Of a stretch of DNA of 64,000 bases, positions 38,970-51,800 are shown piece by piece (positions within the stretch are counted from its first letter, which is position 1; each line of letters begins with the position of its first letter). The notes beneath the pieces were generated by a model. The model did no database searches. It was not told the origin of the DNA and was given only the letters and a program-made list of their open reading frames with translations. The translations under genes were made by a program, and so were the position numbers. This stretch comes from Antedon mediterranea (lineage: Eukaryota; Animalia; Echinodermata), in NCBI RefSeq assembly GCF_964355755.1, contig NC_092679.1, positions 19,389,432 through 19,453,431 of the forward strand. The letters are read 5' to 3'.

Positions 38970-41900
38970 TATAATATAATGGTATGACCTCATTTGCATG
39001 TTCAGTCACCTGTATACATTGCTTGACGGTGCGATGTCAAGGAACTATAACAATCGTATGTTACAAACCAAACATAGTTTTGCACACTCCTTGAAGCGAT
39101 GAGAAGCCCTCGCATTGGCAAAAGAACTGCATGCCCACTGCATGCGCAGTGTGTCGTTTCGTCATCTTTTTATACACTAAATGACGTCATGCTTAACATC
39201 TTCATTTGAATTTCAGACATCTGTAAAATATGCTGTTTACCTTTACTGACGCAGCTTTACCGGAAATAAACTAAATAGTAGGCTATTTTTATTTTCAGTT
39301 TCTACTAGTTTAGAAATTGGTAAACTAATATTCCTCCGATTTTGTTTGTAACCCTAAGGTGGTGTCTGAAAGTCTGTGATATAGTAGTTAAATGGTGCCA
39401 ACATATCCGAAGTAAGTTATTCACAAGTAATAACACACACTCGTGTATAACGTGAACACGATTCTTAATCGGATCCTAACAATCAATGATATTGTTTATG
39501 GGACATGTTAAAATGCCTTTTTTTAATTATTAGCTACTGTAGTACGTAGGAATGATTATGTGAGTTTGTTGAATGTCACAACGTACAAAACTTGCAGACA
39601 TGCACTCAGATATGGCCATTTACTATTGTGTTGTTTATTTCCTTTCTGATCCAATAGCTATTGACAGCTTGGAATTAATATCGCTGTTGACATTTCGTCA
39701 ATTAATTGACCAAAGCATAGGAAAGCTTACATTTAAATTATTGGTTTCCGCTAACATTTTCCGGCTTGATCATCGATTAAAGCAGAGAGCACCAAAGCTA
39801 CTGTACATTGACACTTTTTCCGACGGTTCCGTTTTGTTAAAAATATTCTAGAAAATTTAACGATGCCGTTTTTCGTTCCGTTAAACATGAATGTGGTTTA
39901 TACCTTTAAAACTATCAAAGCGCGCGTAACGCACTATGTTGGTCGGTGAACACTAACTCAAATTTGAGCACACGACTGCAGCCATGTATATGGCCGTGTT
40001 TGGAAACGTTTGATGCTTTTTTAAAACAGTTATTCACAATGACCAAAATAAATTGAGTTGCAGGCCAATACTGCTACTGACAAGTAGATGTCAGTGAAAG
40101 TTCAAAACTGGTGGTCTTTTCATTATAAATTTATTTATGTAAAGGTCATTATTTATAACGCCATTATATCATTATATAAAAGACATTTATTCCATTTTAA
40201 TACTCGTAAATAAGACATATCAAGAAAGTTGCCGAAGCCAATATCTTCCTTAATCGTATTCCGACTTTTATATTCCGAAAATTTAAAGTAACAGTAATGT
40301 TATTGAACAGTCATTCGCCACTGATAGCTAAGACGATTTATCAATTGTAAAGAAATTGGTTTGAAGGTAACCCTGCCGTAAAGTTTCTAAATTTGCACAC
40401 ATTTAATCATGTTAGGCAATAGTATCAAATAGACATTAATGATCTTATACGCTTCTAGCATTCGTTACTAATGTTAGAATGTGATAAAAACAGTTTAAAA
40501 TCTTGATCCTATTGGAGAGTTTACGATTGTGTCCGACCTGATACTTTACAATTATATTGTCAACTTCAATAAAGGGACATCAAGTTTTGTATCTGTTCAT
40601 AAATGTATAACGGTATAAAATGTTGATCCTGTTCTCTGAAGAGTTTAAACCTGTTCGACCTTACTGTCTCAACTCGATACGGCGTTATACTCTTCTCTTC
40701 ATAACACTTAACTGTAAAAATAGATCTTAAACATCTATTTTGTACTCAACTTTTCCACACATTTAACTTTTAAACACGCAGTTTAGCGTGTTTAAAACCT
40801 AAATGCGTTTATAGATACATGTTGTGTTCCTCCAATCGTTTAGCAGTCAATAGGCCTATGTTTAGGTACGTGTTTAGCGTAGCGTGCATATGATTTTACT
40901 GTGACGGTAAAAAGCTCCACACATGAGCTCCACACATGGCAAATTGCGAGTCCAATGTTTTAACACTCCGCTACGCAAAAGGTATATTTAGTGATCCTTT
41001 GATATTCTAATTTTGAATAGAGATTTTGATTGAAATCATAAAGATTCCTGTTTTTAGAAATGTGTTTGGAATAAATTAAACTTCATTTACACATTGATGA
41101 GCCTAATATTATCAAAAACTATGCGTAAATAAGTTAAGTGACGTTTTTATATAAACATATCCGACAGTAATTATTTTTATTGCGAGGCTAACTATTCCTC
41201 GTGGGTATAAGGCAATATCAATATAGTTCTTTGACATTTTAATAAAACTGTATAGTGGACATTAATGATATTACATACTAATTTTAACGTCACAGTAATT
41301 TTAAAAGAAATTGTTAAATTAATGGTACGCCGTAGGATTGTTCTTCTGTATAAAATTAGTATAAAGTGAATAGAAACAAAATGTCAAAAGATCATAACAG
41401 GTTTACTTAAAACATGGTTGAAGCGGTACTGACTATGGAAAGCCATTAGCGCCAAAACTGAAACGAAAACGAATGGACAAAAGCATGTCTACATTGTTGA
41501 ATGTTACCATACTGTTTCCAAATCTTATGAATAAAATTAGTTTAATGTAATTTTTTATTTGGATTTTCCACGTATTTATCCAGGGAAGAGTATTCCACTT
41601 CTCTTACTTGTTTCTTTACTTGTTCACTTGTTTCCCGTACACTTTCGTCTACGGGATCGAGGCGAAGCACTCAGTGCTTAAAAGCCCCTCTTAGCAATAA
41701 AATCATATTCAATATATGGTGAAAACTTCAGCGGGTGGTTGGACCATACGACGTTAAGTTTTGCTTTGAACAAGTTCACCGTAGCACATGAAACTACATC
41801 TCTTATTTATTCCACTGTTTTAAATTATTTTAACATGAAAGTGGCATTTTATTTTTGGTTATATAATTTTCATAAAGATCCTATTTGACTTCTCATTATC

Positions 41901-44530
41901 AATTTCTTCTGTAAACTAAGAAACTGTTGTTCCACTTTTCGTTTAATTTTTTTTTAGTTTTAACACAAAATTTTTTTTTTAATTTTGTAGATAGGTTATC
42001 TAATTTTCATTACGATCCTTGTGTCAAAGTTCAACTTATTTAATGTTATTGTATTCTTTATACAGACTTCCTGTTATCAATTTCGCCTAGAAATTAAGAT
42101 ACTTTATTATCTTCTTTGATAATGATGAATGTACTTAAATGGTGCAGAAATTAGTGCCAATCATTCTCATTAAAGTTGTTTAAATTGGTTAGTTACTTAA
42201 TCCATTTCTTTGATCGTTTTCTTAATGAACGTAATGTAAATATTATATCAATTTAATCTACTGTTAAGTGAGATTCAATGTATCCATAATTAATTCAAAT
42301 TTATTATCTGATCATTGTGATTGGTTGATAATGTTTGTATTTCTTAGCAACGGCGTCACAGTCATTCTTTACTGGTGCCATGCCAAAAAACGTAAGCTGA
42401 ATTATTTAATAATTTGGCAATATTGGCTTACTATTATAGGGTAGGATATACTAGGCCAAAGTTGGAAAATATGGCGGATGAACTGACCTTTTTTGTCCCT
42501 ACTGGCATATTTAACAGTTTCTCGAATTAAATATTGCAAGGTTCTATTTTTTTTTATCCCTGAACTAATTTTGTTCTATAACTAACTGCAGGTGTTCTAT
42601 AAACATTTATAATATTAATTCTGATGTCTGATGAATACTTTATATCTGTTTTAGCTTAAATCAATAATCGACAGGTAATGGATGTATTGCATTTCTTTAC
42701 ATTAACAAAATATATATATACAGGCATTAAAGCATAAATGCATTGAAGAGAGGAATTAAATTGAAATGAATTGCTATCAAAATTACATTAAAAATTAAAT
42801 CAAATTACTAATAAATGGAATGAAAAAATATCATTAATTATAATCAAAATTTTAAAATAAATATGCAATTATCAATTTTTCCATATGAAAGATTCCTACA
42901 AACGATTTTGTTTCCAAAGTTATTAACATCAATAACATCAGCATTCAGTAGGTGGATTGTGGCACAGGGGACGCTTAGCACCAATCGCCTAGAGCACTTT
43001 TGTTGGCAAGGTGGGCTCTAGAAATCTTTGTTATTCTTTAGTGATGAATGTTTAGAATAGACGGTTTACTGGCAAGTGTACCCCCAGAGTCATGGAATCT
43101 CACCCCGTGTAGGAATCTCACCTCATGTATGACCCACGAAGACTATATTCCTATGGCGGTATTAAGCTCTTCTACACCATCGAACTAGTTTGACAAACAA
43201 GTGCGATGTGCCCAAATATGGTAGTGATATGACATCATCATTCATATATGGGCACATCACTTTTTGTTGTCACATTCAGTTTGATAGTGTAGACAGAGCC
43301 TTACTAAGGGACGAATGCTTTTTAGTCGCGTGCAAACGCGCTTCTGTTGGTCGGTCGGTTGGTTGGTCGGTCGGTCGGTCGGTTGGTCGGTAAACACTAA
43401 CTCAAATTTGAAAACGCGACTGCAGCCATGTAGACTGCAGCCATGTAGACTGCAGCCATGTATATGGCCTTGTTCCTTTGCTTAGAGAGTCAATGTTTAG
43501 AGTTGATAGAGATTCTTGACGTAGGCCTATATGTGGCAATTGTGAAGATTATCCGAAGATACTTTTTTTCGATCTTAATTTGCTTCCACTTATTACTAAT
43601 ATTCACTTATTATAATAAAATACAATTGTTGTGAAACGATGTCAAATGAGTACGTTGCTGTAGTAATAGAGCCCATTATAATGAATGTCGTTTATCTACA
43701 TCAACTTGATAAAATCAGGAAATTGTATTACATAAGAGATTTGTACAAGTAGAATAAATTCATCAAGTGTAGTTATACATTCTCATGTATTTAGTATACA
43801 TTTCTATATTACAAAAATAATACAGAAATTTAATAGTAATGATGTCATTATTGTTGATATCAATGGCACGATGTGTTAAAAATTGTTTTTTCATCTAGTT
43901 CACAAAAATTTGATAAGATAAGAATGTGTTTGGAAAATAATGATATAACAATAACGAATAATAATTAAACAACAAAACCTATAATACAAGATAACTTTAT
44001 TGTAAAATTATAATTCTAGGTGCCTATACGTTTAGGTTTGTTTTCTTCAAAGCAACAAGAATGTACAAGATAAATAAAATAGAGATATAAAAGATAGTTT
44101 CATGTTAACAATGTATTATGCTGTATAAGTATATTGATTGATCTCTAAAATACAATATAAAAAGAATAAGTGTTCAGCTCACTATGTCGGTCGGTTGGTC
44201 GGTCGGTCGGTTGGTCGGTAAACACTAACTTGAGCACGCGACTGCAGCCATGTATATGGCCTTGTTTTTTTTTTTACAGATATATGAATATTATATAGAA
44301 ATATGAAATCCCTATTCATTTTATTTATATATAGGCCTATACCGCGTTGCGTTTTGCGCATATTTGAAAAATCACTATGTGAAACAAAGCAACGTTTATA
44401 ACAGAACTACTTCCAACATTATTGACACTAACTTAGTAATCTACTGTACTGCAATAACATAACTACTGTACTGCAGTAACAAAAATCATGCAATATACTT
44501 TTTACTCATAACGATAACAAAATGTCTTAC

Positions 44531-44770
44531 CTCATAACTTAGACATCTTCCAATACATTTAGTTGTTTCGAGGACGGTAAGGGGACTACACCCCTCCCTC
44601 TCCACCACCGTTCTCATCTTGATGGGCCTGCAGTATTTGACCACCGGCTTAGACGCAAGGTCACTGACAATCTGTAAAAACTTTTCCATTCTTTGGGCAT
44701 TACCTGGTTCCATAAAAACTAGAAACGTTGCCATAATTGCCCATGTGTGTATCATCTTTATCGTGAACAT
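44531..44770 (-). CDS. Divergent glycoprotein hormone beta-like subunit, gene B, coding exon 1 (start at 44770 or 44755)
   Basis: Signal-like MIHTWAIMATFLVFMEPGNA, then KYC...EREGC...TTKCIGRCLSYE (Cys1-4, CxGxC knot motif); donor GAG|GTAAGA, phase 0, at the same codon position as in gene A; TATATAA on the minus strand at ~44943-44937. Confidence 0.85.
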
Positions 44771-45599
44771 TGTTTTCGATGATGCGATAAAAAGTCCAGT
44801 CAGCTGTCCTGGTAGAAATCGTTTTAAACTTACAACTGTTGAACATGTCCTGCTCGTCACTATACTATGACGTAGGCTGACGTTTATGAATTCATATCTG
44901 AGTGCGCTCAGTTCAGTTTCCCAACAGTCAATGCCGTTATATAAAACACTATCAAAGCCGAGATTCCATTAGTCTTATCGTAACAATTTTAAATCCCATC
45001 TGTTATTTCTAGAATAAGAACCGATTTATAAAAAAGCCGGCTTTGACTAATTTCTCGATATTACTTGGTCAAGCTCATACGTAAATTCATCTGTCTAATT
45101 AAACACAATTGAAATGGGCAGAAATATAATTAACAAAATGTTATTTTACAACTAAGCAAACGCAGTAATATCAATCCTAATTATAGTTGTTATTGCATAG
45201 GCTTTTACTACTTTAAATGCTTAAAGTTGGTCGCTTATTGTTATCGTTTTACTAAATTTATTATTTTAGTTTCTGATCTCAAATCTTGAGGTATATTATT
45301 TTATACTCATAGAGTTTATTAAAGATAATTATAGTAGTAAAAATATTGATGGTAATAAATTTGTTATTAATTTGACATTGATTGGTTTGTGCCTGGGGAT
45401 ATATTCAGGGGTATATGATTATTGAATGCAGACAGGCAATATTCCGTCCCTTCCCTGTGTCTTGACTTGTTTGCCTGAGCAAACTTGTTTTTCCGCTAGG
45501 AAAATCTGTTCGTACGAATCAAATAATAATGAGTTCAGATTTGTTGCTCATTGTTCGAACCACAAAAAGTGGTACAAACTTCAGAAGCTCCCCTATTAA

Positions 45600-45842
45600 A
45601 GATATATTTTCCCCCTGAAAAAAATCATTTTTTAAATTGTTTTTTTATGCCATTGTATTGTCACAATAATAGTTGTTCACTTTGACCAAATGGGTTTTTG
45701 GTTGAATTTAACTATTTTGTCATTTTATAAGTGAAAACATTAATTTTTTCCGGGGTTTTTTTTTCTACGGAAGTGATTAACTTTATCAAAGTCTTGATTT
45801 TATTAATCTTAATTTTTCATGGTTTTGGGAAACAATACATCT
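45600..45842. mobile_element. Kolobok-type MITE (TTAA TSD, AG...CT termini), apparently nested in a decayed Harbinger-type element (~45481-46263)
   Basis: TTAA|AGATATATTTTCCCCCTG ... GGGAAACAATACATCT|TTAA; related copies at ~53336-53672 and 63546-63774. Confidence 0.7.
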
Positions 45843-48800
45843 TTAAGAGAACATCTTCATAAAATGAAGTTAATTAACATTGTCCTTATAAACCGTTACT
45901 AACCCATGGTGAAACCCTTTCCAAGTTTACTGCCTAACTCTCATTTTGAATTATTTTTTTCATTCAGAAGAAACACAACGCGAGATAAAAAAATGTAGTA
46001 AAATAAATGTTCGCCGTTGTAAATCGCAATAAAAATTCTGGATAAAAAGATAAAACCTACAGTACTGAAAGCTTTTGAAAAAAAACATGCCTACATGAAT
46101 TTGTATGCAGTGTCGGTTGAGGCTTTTCTTATAATAACACTCTTTGTGAGTGTTCGAGTTTGTGGCGAGAGAGTAGGCCCATAAAGATAAATCAATATAC
46201 GCATGCGCATAAGCTAAGGTTGTCGATTCGCATGAATACATTCGACTAGTGGAAATACAGCTTTTTACAATAAGTATAACTCAACTGCTGGTGTGCTGTC
46301 AAAGTCTATAGAAACACGAAACGTGGGGCTGGCCATTAACAGTATTTAAAATTAGGTTTAGAAAAAATAACCACTAGAATTTTTTTTAATGAATTAGTAT
46401 TAAAAAAACTATACATAGATAGGTTTTAGTAAGCTTCAACAAGTGACGATTAGTTAATTAATCAGCGCAACGTGCATGTAATGTATTAGTATGCCAATAC
46501 ATTGTTTCGTGTAATATCTAAATGGCGCCAAAGAAACAAGTTTAACGCAATGGTCTGATAATTTGACGGTATACAGTTATTATGAGAACGCTTACATTGT
46601 TGCGCAGCGTGGACGGCACGAACCCATGGTCAGCTCCAGAGCTACATGCCTGGTAATTATACTGAGACCATCAGTTTCATGTTAAATTTAAGCTGAAATA
46701 ATCAACGAGTACACTCTACAAAGTAAAGTAATATAGTTAGAATGTTACGGCCAACATGGAAGTTAGAAGTACTGTATAGGTATATAACAACAACAAGGCG
46801 CCATATACATGGCTGCAGTGGCGTGCTCAAATTTAAGTTAGTGTTTACCGACCGACCGACCGACATAATGAGCTGTAGAGTCGCGTTTGCACGCGACTAA
46901 AAATAATCGCAGTTAAGAATGTGTTTCTGGTAGGCCTATTCAGAAAACAACACAAAATTGTTTACGATATCTCTGTGCTAAAATGCAATTACACCGTCAA
47001 TATTAAGCGAGAAACTGAATGCGTTAAAACTAATAATTATTAGTAATTAGTGTTACCCCACGCTGGAATTTTGTTTTTATAGACTAGGTTCTCTCTCATA
47101 ACGTTGATGAATAATTCCTAAAAGTCTCGCTTCGGTGCGACAGAGACTAATTATCTTCGAACAGTCATCTGTAACCTGCTTTAAGGTGAAAAGTCCATAA
47201 CAATGATTATCTAGCTATAGTACTGTTTTTAACTGAAGAACGTCACTCTGATTTTTTGTTGTTTATAATTAGAAACTTCCGCTCATTACAAAAGGATTAA
47301 AAATTGTAATGTTTTGTTCTTTGACACTCGTTATACTGGATTCCTAGAACAATGTTAAACTATGTTTGATAAATGATACTTGTTGTAACAAAGTGGTACG
47401 TTAAGTGACGTAGTGTGTAGGTTCTAACCCAGGGAAGAATAATTTCACTTTTCCCTGCTATACCAAACAAAGTTAGTAAAAAGATTCTATGAACTTCCGC
47501 GTAAGGTGATATGGCAGGTTGAGGAGGACAGGTATTATGATCACGAAATGCATTTATGATTTTGCTCTTCCATCATCCGATATACATGGTAGATGGATGA
47601 AGTTATTGTATTAACCACGTGACTATGTGGCGTCGGTTTATTTATATATGTTTTTTTTATATTTAAAATAATGTAGACACTTGTAATTTGTTCTTGAGCT
47701 ATGGAGAATTTTGTACTCTGTATTCTTTTTTTCCGAAATAAAAGATGAAATGAAATAAATATTTTGTCACATATGGCGTAACAGACTTGGAGCAATAAGC
47801 TTATGTGATGTATTGAAAGGTTGTTGATGATAACTTAGAATCACGACGGAAAGATTATTATTTCCCCGATTGAGTTTCGTAGCAACGATTAAGCTTTCCG
47901 TAGCAACGATTGGACCCGGAATCAATGCGTTATTACGTTTACATTGAATATTACGTCATAAGGAATTGAAATGTTTATTTATTCAAAGCTATGATTAAAT
48001 ACCATTGCAAATAATAGCGCAAATATTGAAAAGTTGAAGATGGGCCCGTATATGAATATTGAAGATTTCACTTTCATTTGTTTTGTAATACTCTTTATGA
48101 AAGAAAAAGTATCGATACGGGTAAAACGGTTGATAACATAATATTACTCCGTTCAGTGTTCTCGTGTACAAGCTTACCTTATACCTTTCCTCATCGGGCC
48201 GAGTTTCCCATAAGACTACTACAAGGCTCTCCGGTCAATTCTGTTCTTAGCTTCATTCCATGATCTCCAGAAATATATATTTATGTATTTTTGCGTAATA
48301 AAAAGTGTAAACATTTTTAAAATTCAATTTGGCAGATTGTTTTCTTCACTCAAACTAATATCTCATTTCATAATCATTTCATAAGACATTTTATATTATG
48401 ATGTAGGCCAAATAGCAATAGTGAAACATCTTAGCAACTACAGCTAAGTGAATAATAATCAATAGTGTAATGTTCTAATTAAAACATGTCATTTCGTATT
48501 TGGCATTACTTGTGTAAAAATATAGAGTGTGATGACGTCACGTGCGTAGGTGCATTCACCATATACTCTCATTATTAAATTTGGATAACAATAAAAAAAT
48601 ATTTAAATGTGTTACAAAACACTCATACTTGACGTATATGATCTTGTATCGATTTAGAATTTAATCTAATAGCGGAACTTTTTCCGGTATGATGCCGTCT
48701 ATGTGAAGAGCTATGTTGACATCTATAATTGAATTGTTTTCTTGGATGTTGTTTTTAATGCAATCTAACAACAGGACACTGAGCTCACATTGGCAGAATA

Positions 48801-51800
48801 GAAACTCGCAACAGTCCTTTGATCTGATATCTGGCTGCGACAAATACCAACAGTACTGTACTATATTTTCCGCGGCGCGGTGTCTGAACATGGAACAAAT
48901 CGTGTCGCAACCACAGATACACCCTTTGATCTCCGAAGCTCAGCATCCTGTTGCATCAGCATCAAGTTAGGCCTAAAACCGAGGTCGAGGCTCGGTTTTT
49001 GACATTTTTTACTCCCGTTTTTCCACGTTGCATGTTTTTTATTATGTGTTACAACTTTTTTTTTTAAATTATTTCTTCTGGAACCGAATTCATTGATTGA
49101 TTTATGTTTCTCCTGTAGAGTACTGAACTCATGCCACACAACAAGTCTTCGTTACAAAATATTATGGCAGTGAGCCCTCTATCGATATAGCTTAGTATTT
49201 TGTGTGAACTCACGATTGCATGAGTTTTTGCAGATATTTTGAAGTCTTTAATAAATTAGTGGCCTAATGTTTACAAAATAAATCCATTTTTTAAAATAAT
49301 AAATTAAAAGTAATAGTAACCATACATGTTTGTATGGGATGTCTACACGGCCTTAAAAAAAATATCTCATTTCGTATAGAGGCCTTTATCAAACGTAGGC
49401 TACGTGTGTAGCCTAAACGCAGCGCCGAAAAAACATACCGTAGTGCAAAGCCCGGAGTTTTCTCCGGCCACCGAACTAGATGTAGGCTATCGTTTCACTG
49501 TGATTTAAGTTTCAACGGTTATCTCATCATGACTAACCACACTAACAAATGTATTGATGTTTTCAAATATTCAATACATGTTCGTTATGCTTGATGAGAA
49601 ATCCTAGTCGTGAAATAGTTCCATCCCTCTTTTAAACACTTTTTAAACGTTTTCTCCCTTAGACTTCAGATGTCTGGCAATTGATTACTTAAACAAATGT
49701 TTTGAATAACTAGGGCATGTTTGTTAGTAACCAGTTTATCTTGCCTACTGTTGCAATGATGATTTGCCAGAGGAGGTTTTGGTAGTATAGACTTAATGTG
49801 ATTGTTCTATTTTAATGTTCTTAGAAATAGTTGTTTGACAAATGCCGCTTTCATTCGTCAATGTATTTTTGTACACAATACTGACTATAAACTGTATTTA
49901 AGTAAATTAATGTTTTGATGTAATGGGAAAAGTATGTAAATGGACCGTAGGCCCTACACTCCCAACATACAGACTTCCATGAAATGGAGTTGACTGCAAC
50001 TGAGACTGTAAGCTAATTCTGTTCGAAAGGACTCAAAACATATACCGATGCTTTGGTGGTTATCCTAGTGACACGCGAGACCCATCCATTTGTATTGCTT
50101 CCTCGCATTACACTCGATGAATACACGCGAGTATCCTATGTGGTATTATGTAGATTTGATGTGAACGTGTGGTTTATGTAATACATTAATCTTGTTCTGT
50201 CGCATGGAAAGTTCCCAGAGATTATACTCGGCTTGTATCTAAGACAGATGAGTGTCAAATAAGTTCGTGACGTAACAGACGATAGGTGGCGCCTTCTGAA
50301 AGTCTCCTTTTCCAACGTTTGTAGATGAATCTTTTCAGTAGATTATCATTGAACGAATTTAAATTCTAGTTTCATTTCCATCAGACATAATACAAGTGAT
50401 TATTTGGAATCTATCAAGTACATTAAAGTCAATTATTACCTCTTTCCAGACTTTTTAACATGAGCTTGATGATAGGTGGCGCCCTACAAATCATCAGTTT
50501 AAAAACGTTTTTCACAGTAGTTTTGTCACTTTCTTGTAGACTAAACTGATTGGACCGTTTTTTAATAGGCGTGGATAAGACATTTAATGTTTACTACTAT
50601 GTTCAGGAAATATAAATGTTATGTTCTGCTGTTTTGCAATACTCTGTAAAATCATCACTTTCTTGAAAATCAATGTTATTGTATAGAAAGGGCGAGCACT
50701 ACTAAATTTGGATGCAAAATTGCCTCGAAAAATGAAACGAATACGTAATACAAACCTATAGATAGAACGTGTTTGTCGTTAATAATCGGTCACTTTATGT
50801 CTTGCTTACTAAGTAAACGTCCGTCTCATAATATAAATTGCTCAAACCGAATACAGTTGATATTCCGTCAGTTTTGTTATGTAGACATAGTCAGTCATTA
50901 TCGCTTATCTGGTCAGTGATGTGACACTATCTTGTTATTTGACTGTTAGTCAATTGGTCGCCCGATGATCGGTTGGTCAGTCATTCGATTAATGATTGGT
51001 CCTAGCTTTTCATTTATCAATTTCTTTTAATTAATCATGGATCAATTGTTAGTTAGACAGTTTTTTCATATTATATCTTCTTTGTACTAATTGTTATTGT
51101 GCTTTGCATGTTCTTTATATTGTTGACAGTTTTCAAAACAAATCTCTATTATCGTAATTCATGGACAAATAAATATAATATGACATTTTGAGAAGATTTT
51201 AATTGTGCTGTTATAGAAACTGCAAAATAATTCCACAACCAACTTCCTCCTTCTTCTTCGATCGTCAACTGGCTGCTAGCACCAAATAATCTAAGCCCGT
51301 CACGAATACTTTTAAAACTAGCAGTCATAAGCCAGGGACGTCATACTCACACTTACCAATTTAAAAAGAAAAGATTTTAAAGTATTTGAAAAACATTTGA
51401 GGATTAAATTTTGAATAATAAAAATCATTTCTTTTTCTACGAGAATCGTTTCAAGAAAAGATTTGCAGAAACATCAATTTATAGCTTACAGATGTCATAG
51501 TTTTCTCCACTTGTTTCAGGCCTGCTGTCCATCGGGTATTGAAGTTGACGCATGCGTAAAACAGCTGTAGGCCTGTTTGTATGTATAACGTTTGTGCTTT
51601 AAATTTGTTTGGTTGGTATATTAGGTTGGTATATTAAGAGGCGTTTTCGTTAAGCGTGTCATACAAAGTAACTCCACCCAACGCAAAAGTGCCTAATCTC
51701 CTCTAACGGGTGATTATTAGCATACTCTTGCAAGTTATTTTCTATGACGTCAGCTCGATAGTAAAGAGGCACTTAAAGCACGGATGACATTTACGCATGC

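Noticed and set aside
41000-42350. Possible decayed LINE reverse transcriptase in the gene B intron
   Set aside because: Only faint motif resemblances, in an inconsistent order.
38534-44770. Gene B as GPA2, bursicon or a DAN-family protein
   Set aside because: Lacks the CC doublet of GPA2/bursicon and the CxxC of DAN proteins; has the GPB-type P-x-I-E-x-P-Y...H-x-x-C motif and intron position.
48661-49139. Cys-rich short ORFs between genes B and C (GCICGCDTIC...KDCCEFLFCQC) as a hidden alpha subunit
   Set aside because: Cys spacing does not fit a cystine knot, there is an in-frame stop just upstream, and I found no signal peptide or convincing splice structure.
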